This document shows positions 24,893 through 37,900 of a DNA stretch of 64,000 nt, in pieces. How positions within the stretch are numbered: position 1 is the stretch's first letter; every line of letters begins with the position of its first letter. The notes below the pieces were generated by a model. That model had not been told where the DNA came from. It ran no database searches and saw only the letters and a program-made list of their open reading frames with translations. Source of the stretch: Ruditapes philippinarum. Taxonomy: Eukaryota. The DNA lies in assembly GCF_026571515.1 (NCBI RefSeq), contig NW_026858607.1, forward strand, positions 1 to 64,000, in the 5' to 3' direction. The position numbers and the translations under genes are program-made.

Positions 24893-25262
24893 TTTGTTTG
24901 TTTGTTTTGTTTTTACGGCACGTCAACACATAACTGGCCATATCGTGCCGAATAGGCTTAAAATGTTATGCAAAACTTTGTAAATGACAATAAAATGAGT
25001 CAATCAGATCCTAGAATACAAGTTTATCTCTTTCAAATAATCGATGATGTTTTTGATGGAATTGTATAAAAGAGTTCTTTGAGTGAATTTACACAATAAA
25101 ATCTATTACGGGCATGTGAAAAATCATGACATTCAAGAAGAAATTGTTTGACAGTAAAATTTTCATTACAAGCTACACAGAAAGGGGCATTGTCATTCGT
25201 GAGGAGATAAGAGTGGGTAATTTTAGTGTGTCCAATTCGGCATCGAAGAAGAACTGTAATAT
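24893..25262 (-). mobile_element. 3' end of an I/Nimb-group LINE (C-terminal zinc knuckle + 3'UTR + (CAAA)n tail)
   Basis: VLLRCRIGHTKITHSYLL...PFCVACNENFTVKQFLLEC; tail CGGCACGATATGGCC...GTGCCGTAAAAACAAAACAAACAAAC. Confidence 0.8.
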
Positions 25263-26261
25263 TCAAATGATAGGAAAACTTGTGAAACTTATTAAATGTT
25301 TCACGTTTTGTAGTTTTGATGTAAGCAAGATTTTAGGCAAAAATTAACATTGGAAATGGAATCAATTTTTGAATTAGATCACTGTGTATTGTTCTAGTTT
25401 CCAATTTGAACTGCTAACCAATATTTTATCATGGAAATAGTTGTACATCATGACATATAAAGTAATGTTCAGTCAGTTAATTATTTATATCACCAAGTCA
25501 TCAAACATTTCCATGGAGAAGTTTCTTTTACAATAAAGGTTTATAGAAAATTAAACGAATTTTCATCTACCTTGTATTTTTATGATTATCATCAGTTCAG
25601 TTGATAATAGGTCCAGGTTTGCTACAAGCCTGTAAACAAAAGGGTATGCAGATTAATATCTTTTTTGGATTATGCAATGAACGCACGATGTCCAAGATGG
25701 AATCATTTTTCCAGCCATCGGTTTGTCTTTAGTCTTATTGTTCTCGATTGTTTAACACCAGTTAGATTAAAATCAATCAGTGCTCATTTCAAGCCTTACA
25801 CGCAATGAAATCAGTAGTCCCTTATGACCACAAATATGTATAAACATTCAGAAAATCCGCTCCAATGTTTTATGTATAAATGCCACCACAGATGGCTGAA
25901 ATAACTTATTACAGATTTAATACAAGTATACTTTTTATAAAAGTTATTTGCAACATTCGACGAATATGTCTGTTTTTACCAACAATTATAACAAAACAAT
26001 ATCCTGTTTCAACTTTAAAACAAATTTGAGTTTTTTTACAAACATTTCTAATGAAATAAAAGCTTTTTATTATCCTATTGGGAACCTTGTTTTTCAAGAG
26101 CAATAAATAATTTCTTATTTATATAAAAACTGACATTATAGAGATTCAGAGACATTAGTAAGTGATAAAAGTAAGTGATAAAGTAAATTGTTTGATGTAC
26201 TCCTAATCTTTTGTGAAGTATACATAAAACAGTTATAAAAACCAAATGAAATATTTTTTTG

Positions 26262-26480
26262 TTACTTTTGTTTTGTTTAGTTTTACGGCGCACCAAAACA
26301 AATTTAGGTCATATGACGCCGAAACAGGAAAGATGATTTTAGCTAACATCAGGTGTTACAAATTTAAAGCAACACCAGGGGTCAATCTGAACCCATTGAG
26401 TCGTCTCTTACAATTACGAACGGATAAATTTTGGCTGCAATTTCTGATGCCTCAATCCTTTAAGATAACCCATAAACCAC
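26262..26480 (-). mobile_element. Retroposon 3' fragment with I/Nimb-type tail
   Basis: Minus strand CGGCGTCATATGACCTAAATTTGTTTTGGTGCGCCGTAAAACTAAACAAAAC. Confidence 0.55.
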
Positions 26481-28142
26481 AAGGGGAAAATGTAAGTATA
26501 ATGATAGTAAATGATATAGTAAATAATTGTACTAAATAAGCTGTAGGTAGAACATTGAAATTAGATAAGTGTTAGTGCCTATACAAGTAGCCATTAAATT
26601 TCACAAGTTGAAAAGTACTAAAAAGCTGCAAAAATAAAAAAAGGCACATAACTCAAATATTTACATATCTTAAGAACTTGCAAAACAACAACAACAACCA
26701 CCACACGCACACACATGTACGATCATAACCGTAATTTGTATCACATCGTTCCTGTATTACTTTTGTAGGAATTTCAAAAAGGTTTGGACTAACTGAAATA
26801 TTAACGAATATAGTCAATATATTCCATTACCATGTCATTTGATGTTAAAAGCATGGTTTTGTGAGTAATTAGGTAGAAACACACAAGGCTCTTTTGATTG
26901 AATATTGTAGTACATTATTTTGTGCTACAAAAACGTACACACACGAGTTTTTTAATTTTCTTACGATAGAACATTGTATATCATTGTTTGTCCTACAAAT
27001 TATATTCTAACTGCCTATAGTGCAGTTTTTTTCCTTTTGAATACACTTACCTAAGAAAAAAAAGAGTTCCTGTCATGAAAGATGTAGACCAAAACCAAGG
27101 TTTCAATACAACTTCGATAAGAGACAAGTGAAGGCACTTTGTTACATTAAGTCACTATCAAATCAGAATATTAAAAGATTTTTTGAAATCACCTTTTCAA
27201 AATATGTCAAATAAAATAAGGATATTAAAATAGTTGTTTGAATGCACTCTTTAAATACATAAACTATTTTTTTTGCTTTTTATACTTCTCCTGTGTTAGA
27301 GTTTCTACGGATACACTTTCTAATTTTTTCCATGCACACGTTTACATGTAACAGGTGCATGTTCTATATAAATATTATTGTTAGTTTCATTATTTTTCAT
27401 TTTAATTTTACTACATCTTGCAAAGTTGATTTATTATCTAGGATATTGTATGCAGTGTGAGGTTTCTCCCGTAAAATACATGCAGCAATTTATTTAGATC
27501 AAACTGTTTAACATTGTAAATATAATACCTGCAAACTATTGTTAATAACGACAGTATGACCTCTGAGCTATTTCATGAAAGACAAAGGACTGAAACCTGA
27601 AAATGCTCATTCAGTCAAATCTAAAGGGATGGACAAATATGAGACCTATTATATGTTCACAAACTTATTCAATGGTTTGATCTAGTTTTTTTATTACATC
27701 TTATCCACTTCCGATATAAATTTCAGATGAACATTCTAGTAAGGTTTCATAAGTATAAAGAAAATGTGGGCTCCAGTGTATAAACTTTTCCACCGATTTG
27801 ACTCACTTTTTGACATCTAATGGCCCATTTCAAACTCAACCTAGTGTCGACATGCTGATAAAATTATATTATGATAAGACAATAAAATTGTCCGTTTATC
27901 TGACCTAGAAACCTTTTCAAATTTGATGAACACTGCAATGAAAGTCAAATAAATTCATTTTACAAGGTAAAGTTGAAATCTATAAGGCCAAGTTAGATAA
28001 GGCCTTTTCATTTAAATGATAATTTTAACTGTGAGCAACCTTATACAGTCTACGGCTAGACTTAATAGAACTTCAGCCTGACACTACAGTTCAGATCTAC
28101 AAATTTCTTGAATGTGCAGCTTTAACTAGGTGCTAATTTTAA

Positions 28143-28644
28143 AGGGAGACACAGGCAAAATTTTCATTTCTTAGTTTTGAATTTTTCGTTCTTAATTCTG
28201 TAAATGCCGTCAAAATAAATATATTAGACAGTCAAAGGAACAAAACTTTTCTCCATATAAATAATAAAATATTGGTTTCCTAACCTGACCCGCGTGGGTC
28301 AGGTTAGAGCGCTAGGATTTCACAATAGTTGTGACAGTGAACTCTGGAAACCTTAAAGAACATTTCAAATGAATGATTTAGGTTTGTTTCAATCATACAA
28401 TATCCACAGTATCTGTTAATGTAACTTCAACGATTTGTTCAAGTCATCTGACTTGTTTTAACATTATTTGGTGATTCTATTGGCGTCTAAATTGTGTTCA
28501 ACATATATAGATATATTTATGCTTCAAATCCAAAATATATAGAATTAAAACAGAAATTCATGCTGAAACTTTTAGAAATGTCATTTTAGCTGAGTACAAA
28601 AGATAATTTTAATATTTTTGTCATTATTTTGCCTGAATATCCCT
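28143..28644. mobile_element. Kolobok-like MITE
   Basis: TIR AGGGAGACACAGGCAAAAT / ATTTTGCCTGAATATCCCT with TTAA on both sides; internal hairpin TAACCTGACCC-GCGT-GGGTCAGGTTA 28281-28306. Confidence 0.75.
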
Positions 28645-29389
28645 TTAATCAAAATGAATAGAACGTAACATTCATGTATGATATTAATTTGAATTTTCTC
28701 ATACAGCAATAATAGACAATTATTGCGTCAGTTTCACGCTAACTCAAAATCTCTAGGACTCTGCTTACAACCATTCCTGTGTACTCAATATATATCATAG
28801 TGAGGTGATTTTATTTTCTTTCTCATCTTAAATAATTTTCGGTGAATATTTAAAAAAAAATAAGTTCGACTCCCAGAACCTTTTACGATAAGATTATTTT
28901 TTAATATAATATACTTTAGAGAAAAAGATCATGGAGGTAATACACCTTGAACCACCCCAATATTTCAGAATCAGTGTTATCGTGAACGATCGTTTACAAA
29001 TTTAAATAGTTGTTCTAGCAAATCCCCAACACTATGATCACACCAGCAGCACAAGACTCTTTTATACAGATACCGAGAGGGTTCAGTGGTTGATACATTT
29101 CTCATTATGTAGATTGAATTACTTACACAAACAAAATGAAACATTTTTGTTTACGACACATGCCGTTTTAGCGAGACAAGTTGTAAAGTTTTGCATTCTC
29201 TTAAAACTGAAAAATAGATATACACAATTTTAAAGTAGCTTTTTTTTAGTTTTTAAGTACACATTTAACATAATTATCACACCGATAGCGAACAGAAAAA
29301 TACACATGTTCATGCGTGCGTCTATGCGCACATACCCAGTAAACATTAGGGGATTATGATTTTTGTATAACTTACATTATGAGGTTCAT

Positions 29390-29530
29390 TCGTTTTACGC
29401 CTTTTCCCAACATTATTTCAGTCATATAGGCGGGTAGTTTCCTGAGAGTAACACCAGTTCTAGACCTTCCTCCGTGCTAAACTACCAAAGCATCTCCCGG
29501 GGATCGAAACAACGCCAGAGAAAAAATCAT
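29390..29530 (-). mobile_element. Degenerate tRNA-derived SINE
   Basis: TTTTACGCC..CAACATTATTTCAGTCATATAGGCGG tail and reverse box B (CGGGGATCGAAAC). Confidence 0.5.
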
Positions 29531-31851
29531 TCTAGGGTTAGAATGTCATAATGGCGTTTATAAAATCAAAAGAAGTTCAAAGGAATAACCCCACCATGTA
29601 GGTCTGATAAGAACGTCCTTGCATGTGTGTTATCCTTCTAGAAACCGTGCGTTTTGTAAGTTTAAAAAACAACACAGTTAAATAGTGGAACTATCCATTG
29701 AAAATTTATAATTAACAATCGTGTCCCTTTTGCAAGTACACTGTATTTGAACAGTGGTTTATTCTGTATTTATCTATTTTAAATAATTGATCACAACAAT
29801 AAGACCTTCATTCAAAACAATTCACCAGTTGTACAAAAAGTCTGTTGCTAAAAGAAACAGTTTTATGTATTAGTTAACATTATGAGGTTCATTCGTTTTA
29901 CGCCTTTTCCCAACAGTACAATAACGATAATTCAAATGAAATCCATCGTAAGTTTCATATAAAGTGAATATGCACTTTAGCTTTTAAAAAATCTCTAGTC
30001 ATATTGGTTTTGTGTCCACTAAAGACGCTGCTGCAACTGCAGGAACAAATATAACAAATGTAAGCAATAGGAACACGACAGTGACTTGACCTAAGCAATA
30101 GGTTATGAGCTGTCATTGTTGCATATAAAATACTGACTGGGATTATATAAAATAATGATAGGTGGTGAATATATATAGCATGACCGCGGGTAATAAGATG
30201 GTGTCGGTATTTTATGGGAGTTGGGATTATGGTTGAGTCGTACCGGGCATATACGGCAGTTTAAATACAATATTTTCTTTTCTCAGGCCTCCTTCCCCCG
30301 AGTGGTTAAGGTCCATAGTGACAAAAACTAACCCTTCCACGCTGTATTCACTGTCCACGATCATAGTATTTATTAACAATCAGCCCCTTATCCGAAAGTT
30401 AGGAAGAAACGAAGAGAATCTAACTAATAATATCACGAAAATAATTGAAAACTGTTTTGCATATTAAGTTATTAACTTTTGCATTATAATTTATATTCAT
30501 AATTATCTTATTTATCTAATTTTCTGAGTGTTTACTTTTCCAAATAAGGTTTATCATTGAAATCCAATATACACATGAACATGAAGGACATGTGTAAGAT
30601 TTATTTTTACAGTAGATGAAGCATTTATTCTCCACATACACATGTTATCATCTGTGTGTTTCGAAAAAGATGTTTCTTGTATCTACCTGACTGAAAATCA
30701 ACTAAATGATATATATAGTCTTTGGGCCACTATATTATTATTAAACGAGACATCTTACACCCACCTATCATTAGTTTCGTTTTGTCCTACATAACACGCA
30801 AAAAGGCGGGGAAGTGTGTTGACTACACACAGCATATGTAGCATAGCTACACACTTTTGCTGCTACAAGCGAGATTGTGTGTAAGGTTAAAATCGATACA
30901 TATTACAGGTGAACATCCCCCGTCCAACAGAAAAACAACAAAAAAAAAAACAAACAAAAATAACAAACAAAACAAACAGCAACAACAACAAAAAAAACAC
31001 GCTACAACAGAGGTTTACATACTGTTTTCTATATCCTGAATTCCTAGATTCTGATTATACAACTATAATTTATTACCTCAAGGAAACATTCATTCAATAA
31101 ACTGTTTACCGAATTTGACATATTAACAGGGAAATTTACATTATGTGTACTTTAATGTTTAAGCGAAAAGACCTTAAAAGAAAACAATAACAACAACTGT
31201 TAAGTAAAAGCTTTAGATGTTTGAGTCAAAGTTGAGACTCTGATCAGTAACAAGTCTTTAAGAGAACTTCTTATAAACTAACGTTTGTTACATAACTTTG
31301 CATATGACGAAAAAACTGGCTCAGTGGGTGTGTTCTGCTACGTTATTTTTAAACCAAATGAGATTGAAAGTTACCAACAATCAAACAAGCAGCAATATAT
31401 AAAATATTTAACTTTCAAATGGTGTATACAATAAAAGGATCAAATCTACATCCATTCACTTTTAATTGCTATTAAATGCCTATTTTTTTCACTTTTTGAT
31501 TAGTAGGAGTATACATGCTTTGCTTATCTCCATTATGTACATCTCTGCTTTAAGTTTATAAGAACAAATAGCTAGTGCGCATGTGAAATAAGGATTTCTT
31601 CTGGCATTTTTTGTACATGAAAATCTCCGATAATATTGTAATTGATATATATTAAGGCAGGGTTAAATATTTTTTCAGAACACGTCGGACATTCTAGCGT
31701 AGTTATGACCTCCCCGTTTGTCCCTTTAATGAATGCACGGATTACTTAAGTGGTGTGTACTATTTCTTTCATAATAAATGCAGAACGTAACAATATCAAA
31801 GTAGAATTGTTTTAATGTATTTTCAGGTTTCTATACATCTCAAATATCTAT

Positions 31852-31918
31852 TTAACAGAAGCCAGTGTGTTTGATTGTCAGGTCATGTTGTTTGCATACT
31901 TCAATGTGAAACTCGCAT
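31852..31918 (-). CDS. Kazal protein last exon
   Basis: CEFHIEVCKQHDLTIKHTGFC*. Confidence 0.9.
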
Positions 31919-34900
31919 CTAAAATTAAATTCAGAAAGTCATTAAAGCATAAATAAAATATATGAACAACGAGATCAACATGGAAGGGCGGCGTTCAATG
32001 AACGAAACCCCCACACGACCAAGCTTCAAAGGACCACGAGTCGTTGACAACTTAAATCAAATATCTCAAAAGCATAAACCCTCTTACCAATAATGTTAAA
32101 TATTATCTACCTAACGTCAAAACGGTGTATTTCGTATTTATTTACTTGATTTTCATTAACTTTTTTGACATGACAGAAAAAAAAACTTTATCAAAATGCA
32201 AAAGGTTTCAGTCACTTATTGTAGATGATTAAGTAAGTTTATTTACATACGCATTGATATATGTCCTCCCATTTGAACCACAAATAGGTTCTATATCGTT
32301 AACACAATGGACTCCTGTCATCGTGTCACAAATCACGCTTAAGGGATCACTAGTAGGCTTTGCTGGTGTAGTTGATGTTGTAGTTGGGCGTGTTGTAGAT
32401 GAACGTACAGTTGTAGTAGGGCGTGTTGTAGATGGACGTACAGTTGTAGTAGGGCGTGTTGTAAGTGGAAGGAAAGATGTTGTAGGACGCGTAGTGCTCG
32501 TTGTGTATCTAGATGTTGTTGCCGTTTTTGTCACAGCCACTTCTGTGTGATTAGCATTAATTTTTTATTATTCTTTTACTCTACGTGATAGGTAAACATT
32601 TTGTTAATACTTTGACAAATTATAAACACTTGGTTTATAATACTTTAATCAATGATGTTATATTTTCGATCCTTGAAGATCGTTCAGCACGACAGTATTG
32701 TTGTGCTTGTGGTATTTTTAGTTTCAACTTTCTGGCATTTTCTAGTTGGGTGGTTCCAATATTCCTACTTGAATAATGTTGAATCACCCTTAGGATATGT
32801 TGCCTGCTTTTTAAATTTGTCTTTTGACGTCTTATCTGTGATACGCAGGCTTCATAACCTCTGATCCCCTTTCTAAATTCCATTTTATTTAGTTCCGCCC
32901 ATTGTTTTCTCGTTTAGGGCACACGCTTTTTATTACTTGGGGACCATACGCCGCTTTTCATGGAATGGCACGGAAGTGTCACATTGAAGGTTCCATGATA
33001 ACCGTCGTATGAACACATCTGCGGATGTTTCTAAATTCAAAATTCTACCATTTCATGTTTAAATGTTGAATTCTGCTTAAGCCGGTGCTAGGGGCGTGGA
33101 CGGTAACTTGCACTTTCCAGTACCGTCCATGAACAGGCTCAATCAAACCGAGCCTGCAACATTTTCAATTTTGCCGTGTTGGGCTTTCTTTAGGGATTCT
33201 TTATTTATCTATATTATGATCACATCCGTGTTATTTGTGCCGTGTGGCGGCTGTAAAAAGTCGCCCCGTACATTTAATCAATGATGTTATATTTTCGATC
33301 CTTGAAGATCGTTCAGCACGACATTATTGTTGTGCTTGTGGTATTTTTAGTTTCAACTTTCTGGCATTTTCTAGTTGAGTGGTTCCAATATTCCTACTTG
33401 AATAATGTTGAATCACCCTTAGGATATGTTGCCTGCTTTTTAAATTTGTCTTTTGACGTCTTATCTGTGATACGCAGGCTTCATAACCTCTGATCCCCTT
33501 TCTAAATTCCATTTTATTTAGTTCCGCCCATTGTTTTCTCGTTTAGGGCACACGCTTTTTATTACTTGGGGACCATACGCCGCTTTTCATGGAATAGCAC
33601 GGAAGTGTCACATTGAAGGTTCCATGATAACCGTCGTATGAACACATCTGCGGATGTTTCTAAATTCAAAATTCTATTTCATGTTTAAATGTTGAATTCT
33701 GCTTAAGCCGGTGCTAGGGGACGTGGACGGTAACTTGCACTTTCCAGTACCGTCCATGAACAGGCTCAATCAAACCGAGCCTGCAACATTTTCAATTTTG
33801 CCGTGTTGGGCTTTCTTTAGGGATTCTTTATTTATCTATATTATGATTTCAATTCATTTTATACGATATCTTAATATAAAACTAGATGCCAAAGGGCAAC
33901 ATGTCGAGCCCGCTGTCACATCTGACCATGAGGTATGACCTTGAACTTTGACCAAGTCAAACGGTTCTTGCACGTGACACGATCCAGTGGCAAGGAGCCC
34001 AGGAGGACCCCAAACAAAAACAGGACAGGGCACAAGTCAGAGCATGGGCAGGCTAATCACATAGATGATACATAAGAAGAAATAATTAGTAACCGATAAG
34101 GAATTCAAAGAAAAAACAAATAAATGATTAAATATTATGGCCTCCAAAGTCAAAGGGCACTGGGGAAGGGGACAGGAGACCCGGGGAAGGGGTGGGTGGG
34201 ATAAATTAAACAAGCAAATTCGTTGAATTTATATCCTGCCGAGTACTGGCTATTACTAACACAACAAACTGAAGACATAAGGCTTTATTTATATATTATC
34301 TTATCATAAACAGTAATATACTTTGAACCTGATAAATACTTAGGGCAATAACGGAGCCATAACACTTGTGTACCCTTAGGATATGTTGCCTGCTTTTTAA
34401 ATTTGTCTTTTGACGTCTTATCTGTGATACGCAGGCTTCATAACCTCTGATCCCCTTTAAAATTCCATTTTATTTAGTTCTGCCCATTGCTTTCTCGTTG
34501 AGGGCAAACACAATATTTTACTTTTGGACCATACGCCGCTTGTCATGGAATGGCAAGAAAATGTAACATTGAAGGTTTCATGATTACCGCCTTTGAACAC
34601 ATCTGCGGATGATTCTAAATTCAAAATTTTACTATTTCATGTTTAAATGTTGAATTCTGCTTAAGCCGGTGCTAGGGGGCGTGGACAGTAACTTGCACTT
34701 ACCAGTACCGTCCATGAACAGGCCCAATCAAACCGAGCCTGCAACATTTTCAATTTTGCCGTGTTGGGCTTTCTATAAGGATTCTGTATTTATCTATTAA
34801 ATAGAAATATCTGGACATGCCAATAAGATGTAAATTGCCTTTGTGTATCCATGGTTGCCATACAGTTTTGTTGAAATCAATACAGCAGTTGCAAAGAAAT

Positions 34901-37900
34901 AGCGATATTGCTCTATATGCATACTAGTAACTTATCAAGGGCCATAACTCTGTAATGAAGGGTCTGGTCTAAACAACTTCACCAAGCAACAATATGCACA
35001 TCTCTTGGTATTAATGGTTCCCATATTACGTTTAATTGAATTCCAGCCAGAAATTGCAGAGAAAAAAAAACAGAATCCCTAAAGAAAGCCCAACACGGCA
35101 AAATTGTAAAATGTTGCAGGCTCGGTTTGATTGAGCCTGTTATGGACGGTACTGGAAAGTACAAGCTACCGTCCACGCCCCCTAGCACCGGCTTACGCAG
35201 AATTCAACATTTAAACACAGAAATGGTGAAATTTTGAATTTAGAAACATCCGCAGATGTGTTCATACGGCGGTAATCATGGAACCTTCAATGTGACACAG
35301 TAGTGTCATTCCATGAAAAGCAGCGTATGGTCCCCAAGTAAAAGAATGTGTGTGCCCTAAAAGAGAAAACATTGTGCGGAACTAAATAAAATGGAATTTT
35401 GAAAAGGGATCTGAGGTTATGAAGCCTGCATATCATAGACAAGACGTCAAAAGACAAATTTAAAAAGCAGGCAGCAAATCCAAAAGGGTGATTAAACAGT
35501 ATTCAAAAACTATGAAAAACAAGATCAACAAGGAAAGGCGGCGTTCAATGAACGCAACCCCCATATGACCCAGCAACAAGAACCAACGGCAAGGAGCCCA
35601 GGCGGACCCCAAACATAAAAAGGACAGGGCAACGGAATACTGAATAAGTAGGAATACTGGAACCAGTATTCAAGTAGGAATACTGGAACCACCCAAATTG
35701 AAAAAGGCCAATTATAAGAAACTAAAATACCATCTAAAATGTATACACAACAATAATGTCGTTCTGAACGATCTTCAAGGATCGAAAATATAACATCATT
35801 GATTAAATGTACGGGGAGACTTTTTACAGCCGCCACACGGCACAAATAACACGGATGTGACAATAAAAAAGAGAAAAACAGAATCCCTAAAAGTCGCGCG
35901 AAAACAATTATTGCTCTATATGCATACTGCATAACTAATCAAGGGCCAAAACTCAGAGTTAAAGTGTCTGACCAGAACAAGGCGGCTATATGCACATCTC
36001 TTGGTATTGAAGGTTCCCATAAAGGTTCGTTGAATTTCAGCTAGCAGTTACAGAGAAGTAGCACGGAAATGATTATTGATCTGGTTGCATACTGCATAAC
36101 TTATCAAGGGCCATAACTCGAAGTTAAAGTGTCTGACCGGAACAAGCCGACGATATGCACATCTCCTCTTGGTATTGAAGGTTCCCATAAAATAAAATAG
36201 AGAAAAACAGAATCCCAAAGTCCAACACAACAAAATTGAAAATGTTGCAGGCTCGGTTTGATTGAAATAGATAAATACAGAATCCCTAAAGAAATTAGGA
36301 TTACCATTTTCTCCGCAAGGGATTGAGTGCTAATTCAACATGATTTCTGAACCACCAATAACAGACTAATAAACAATATCTGAGATCAGTTGGGGTCTAA
36401 AGCTCAATGGTAAAGGTCACACTCTGACTTATCTCAAAAGAAATACAAATTTTTAATTAAAATGCACTGATGGTGATGTCTACAATTCTGACATTGCTAA
36501 AACGGATTTAGAATAACTTATGCATAAATGTATTTGACATAATGTCGTGACGCACGCAAGAATCATGTACCTACCTTAAAGGTCTCAAATGTAGATGTGA
36601 CTTTTTATAAAATTACATTGATTTTAATTTGTTCCAGCAACAATTCTGCCATTCATGGATGAATTAAAAAAAATTGAGCATATATTTGTAAGACATAATA
36701 ACGATGTCTCAAGTGCATGGGTCAGGTCTCTACCTTCCAAGCCAAGGTCACGATTGTATTCCAAAGTCATGATATGATGTACAGACTCAATCAAACAGAG
36801 TCTGCAATTTTTATGTAATTTGCTCTTTTAATGCTTCCGAGAGATCATATTTTCCAGATGTTTTCATAAAAATGCATTGATGGCTGTGTCTAATGAATAA
36901 TTTGATAATTCTTGGATGAATCACAAGTCAAAGTCAAACCTGTATCTCAAATGTAACAAGAATTTGTAACAGAGTTACCAACGTCCCCTGCCTCGGGGAA
37001 GTTTTATATGAAGCAAAAAATTGTGCTATTTCAAAAGATTGAGGCAGGGATCTAAGGATTTTCAGTCCAAAATTATGATCAATGCTAGATCTGCAAATGC
37101 AACAATAAATTTGTTAAAGAAATAAAATGAAGCACTGAATTTAAAAATCTATCATGTTAAGCTTTGACCTCTAAGTGTGACCTTGACCTTGGAGGTAGGG
37201 GTGCAGGTGTTGTGCATGACATATCATCTTATTATTGTGACTATTTGTGCCAAGTTATTTCAAAATCTCTTGAACTATAAAGAAGTTCTACATTGGACAC
37301 AATATATTCCCTTTAAAAGACTATGTTAATTTTTGACCTCGAAATGTGACCTTGACCTTGGAGGTAGGGATGCAGGTGTTGCGCATGACACATTGTCTTA
37401 TTATAGTGAATATTTGTGCCAAGTATTTAAAAAAATCCTTTGATATATGAAAAAGTTATGGACCGGACAAAAAAAATACCCTATAACAGACTATGTTAAT
37501 CTTAGACCTCCAAGTGTGACCTTGACCTTGTAGGTTGGTGACCGATTGTTGCGAATGACACATCATCTAATTGTTGTGAACAATTGTGGCAAGTATTTAC
37601 AAAATCCCTTCAAAGATAAGAAAGTTATAGACCGGACACGAGATATACCCTCAAATAGACAATGTTGACCTTGAATGAGCAAGTGCTACCTTGACCCTGG
37701 AGGTAGGGGTCTGGTTGTTGCGCATGACACATCGTCTTATTATAACAAACATTTGTGCCTAGTAATTTCAAATTCCTTCAATAAATGACAAAGTTATGGA
37801 CCGGACACGAAATATACCCTGTAACAGGCTATGTTAATCTTTGACCTCTAAGTGTGACCTTGACCTTGGAGGTAGGTGACCGGTTAGCGCGCATGACACA

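Noticed and set aside
32644-33847. Canonical hammerhead, twister or HDV ribozyme in the structured repeat
   Set aside because: No CTGANGA...GAAA core on either strand by eye; GCCGGTGCTAG only loosely resembles the twister GCCGGTCCCAAG motif. A box-B-like TTCGATCC exists but a tRNA head is not convincing.
32585-33938. Short ORFs over the family A repeats
   Set aside because: 60-80 aa, on both strands, not preserved in other copies; explained by a non-coding repeat.
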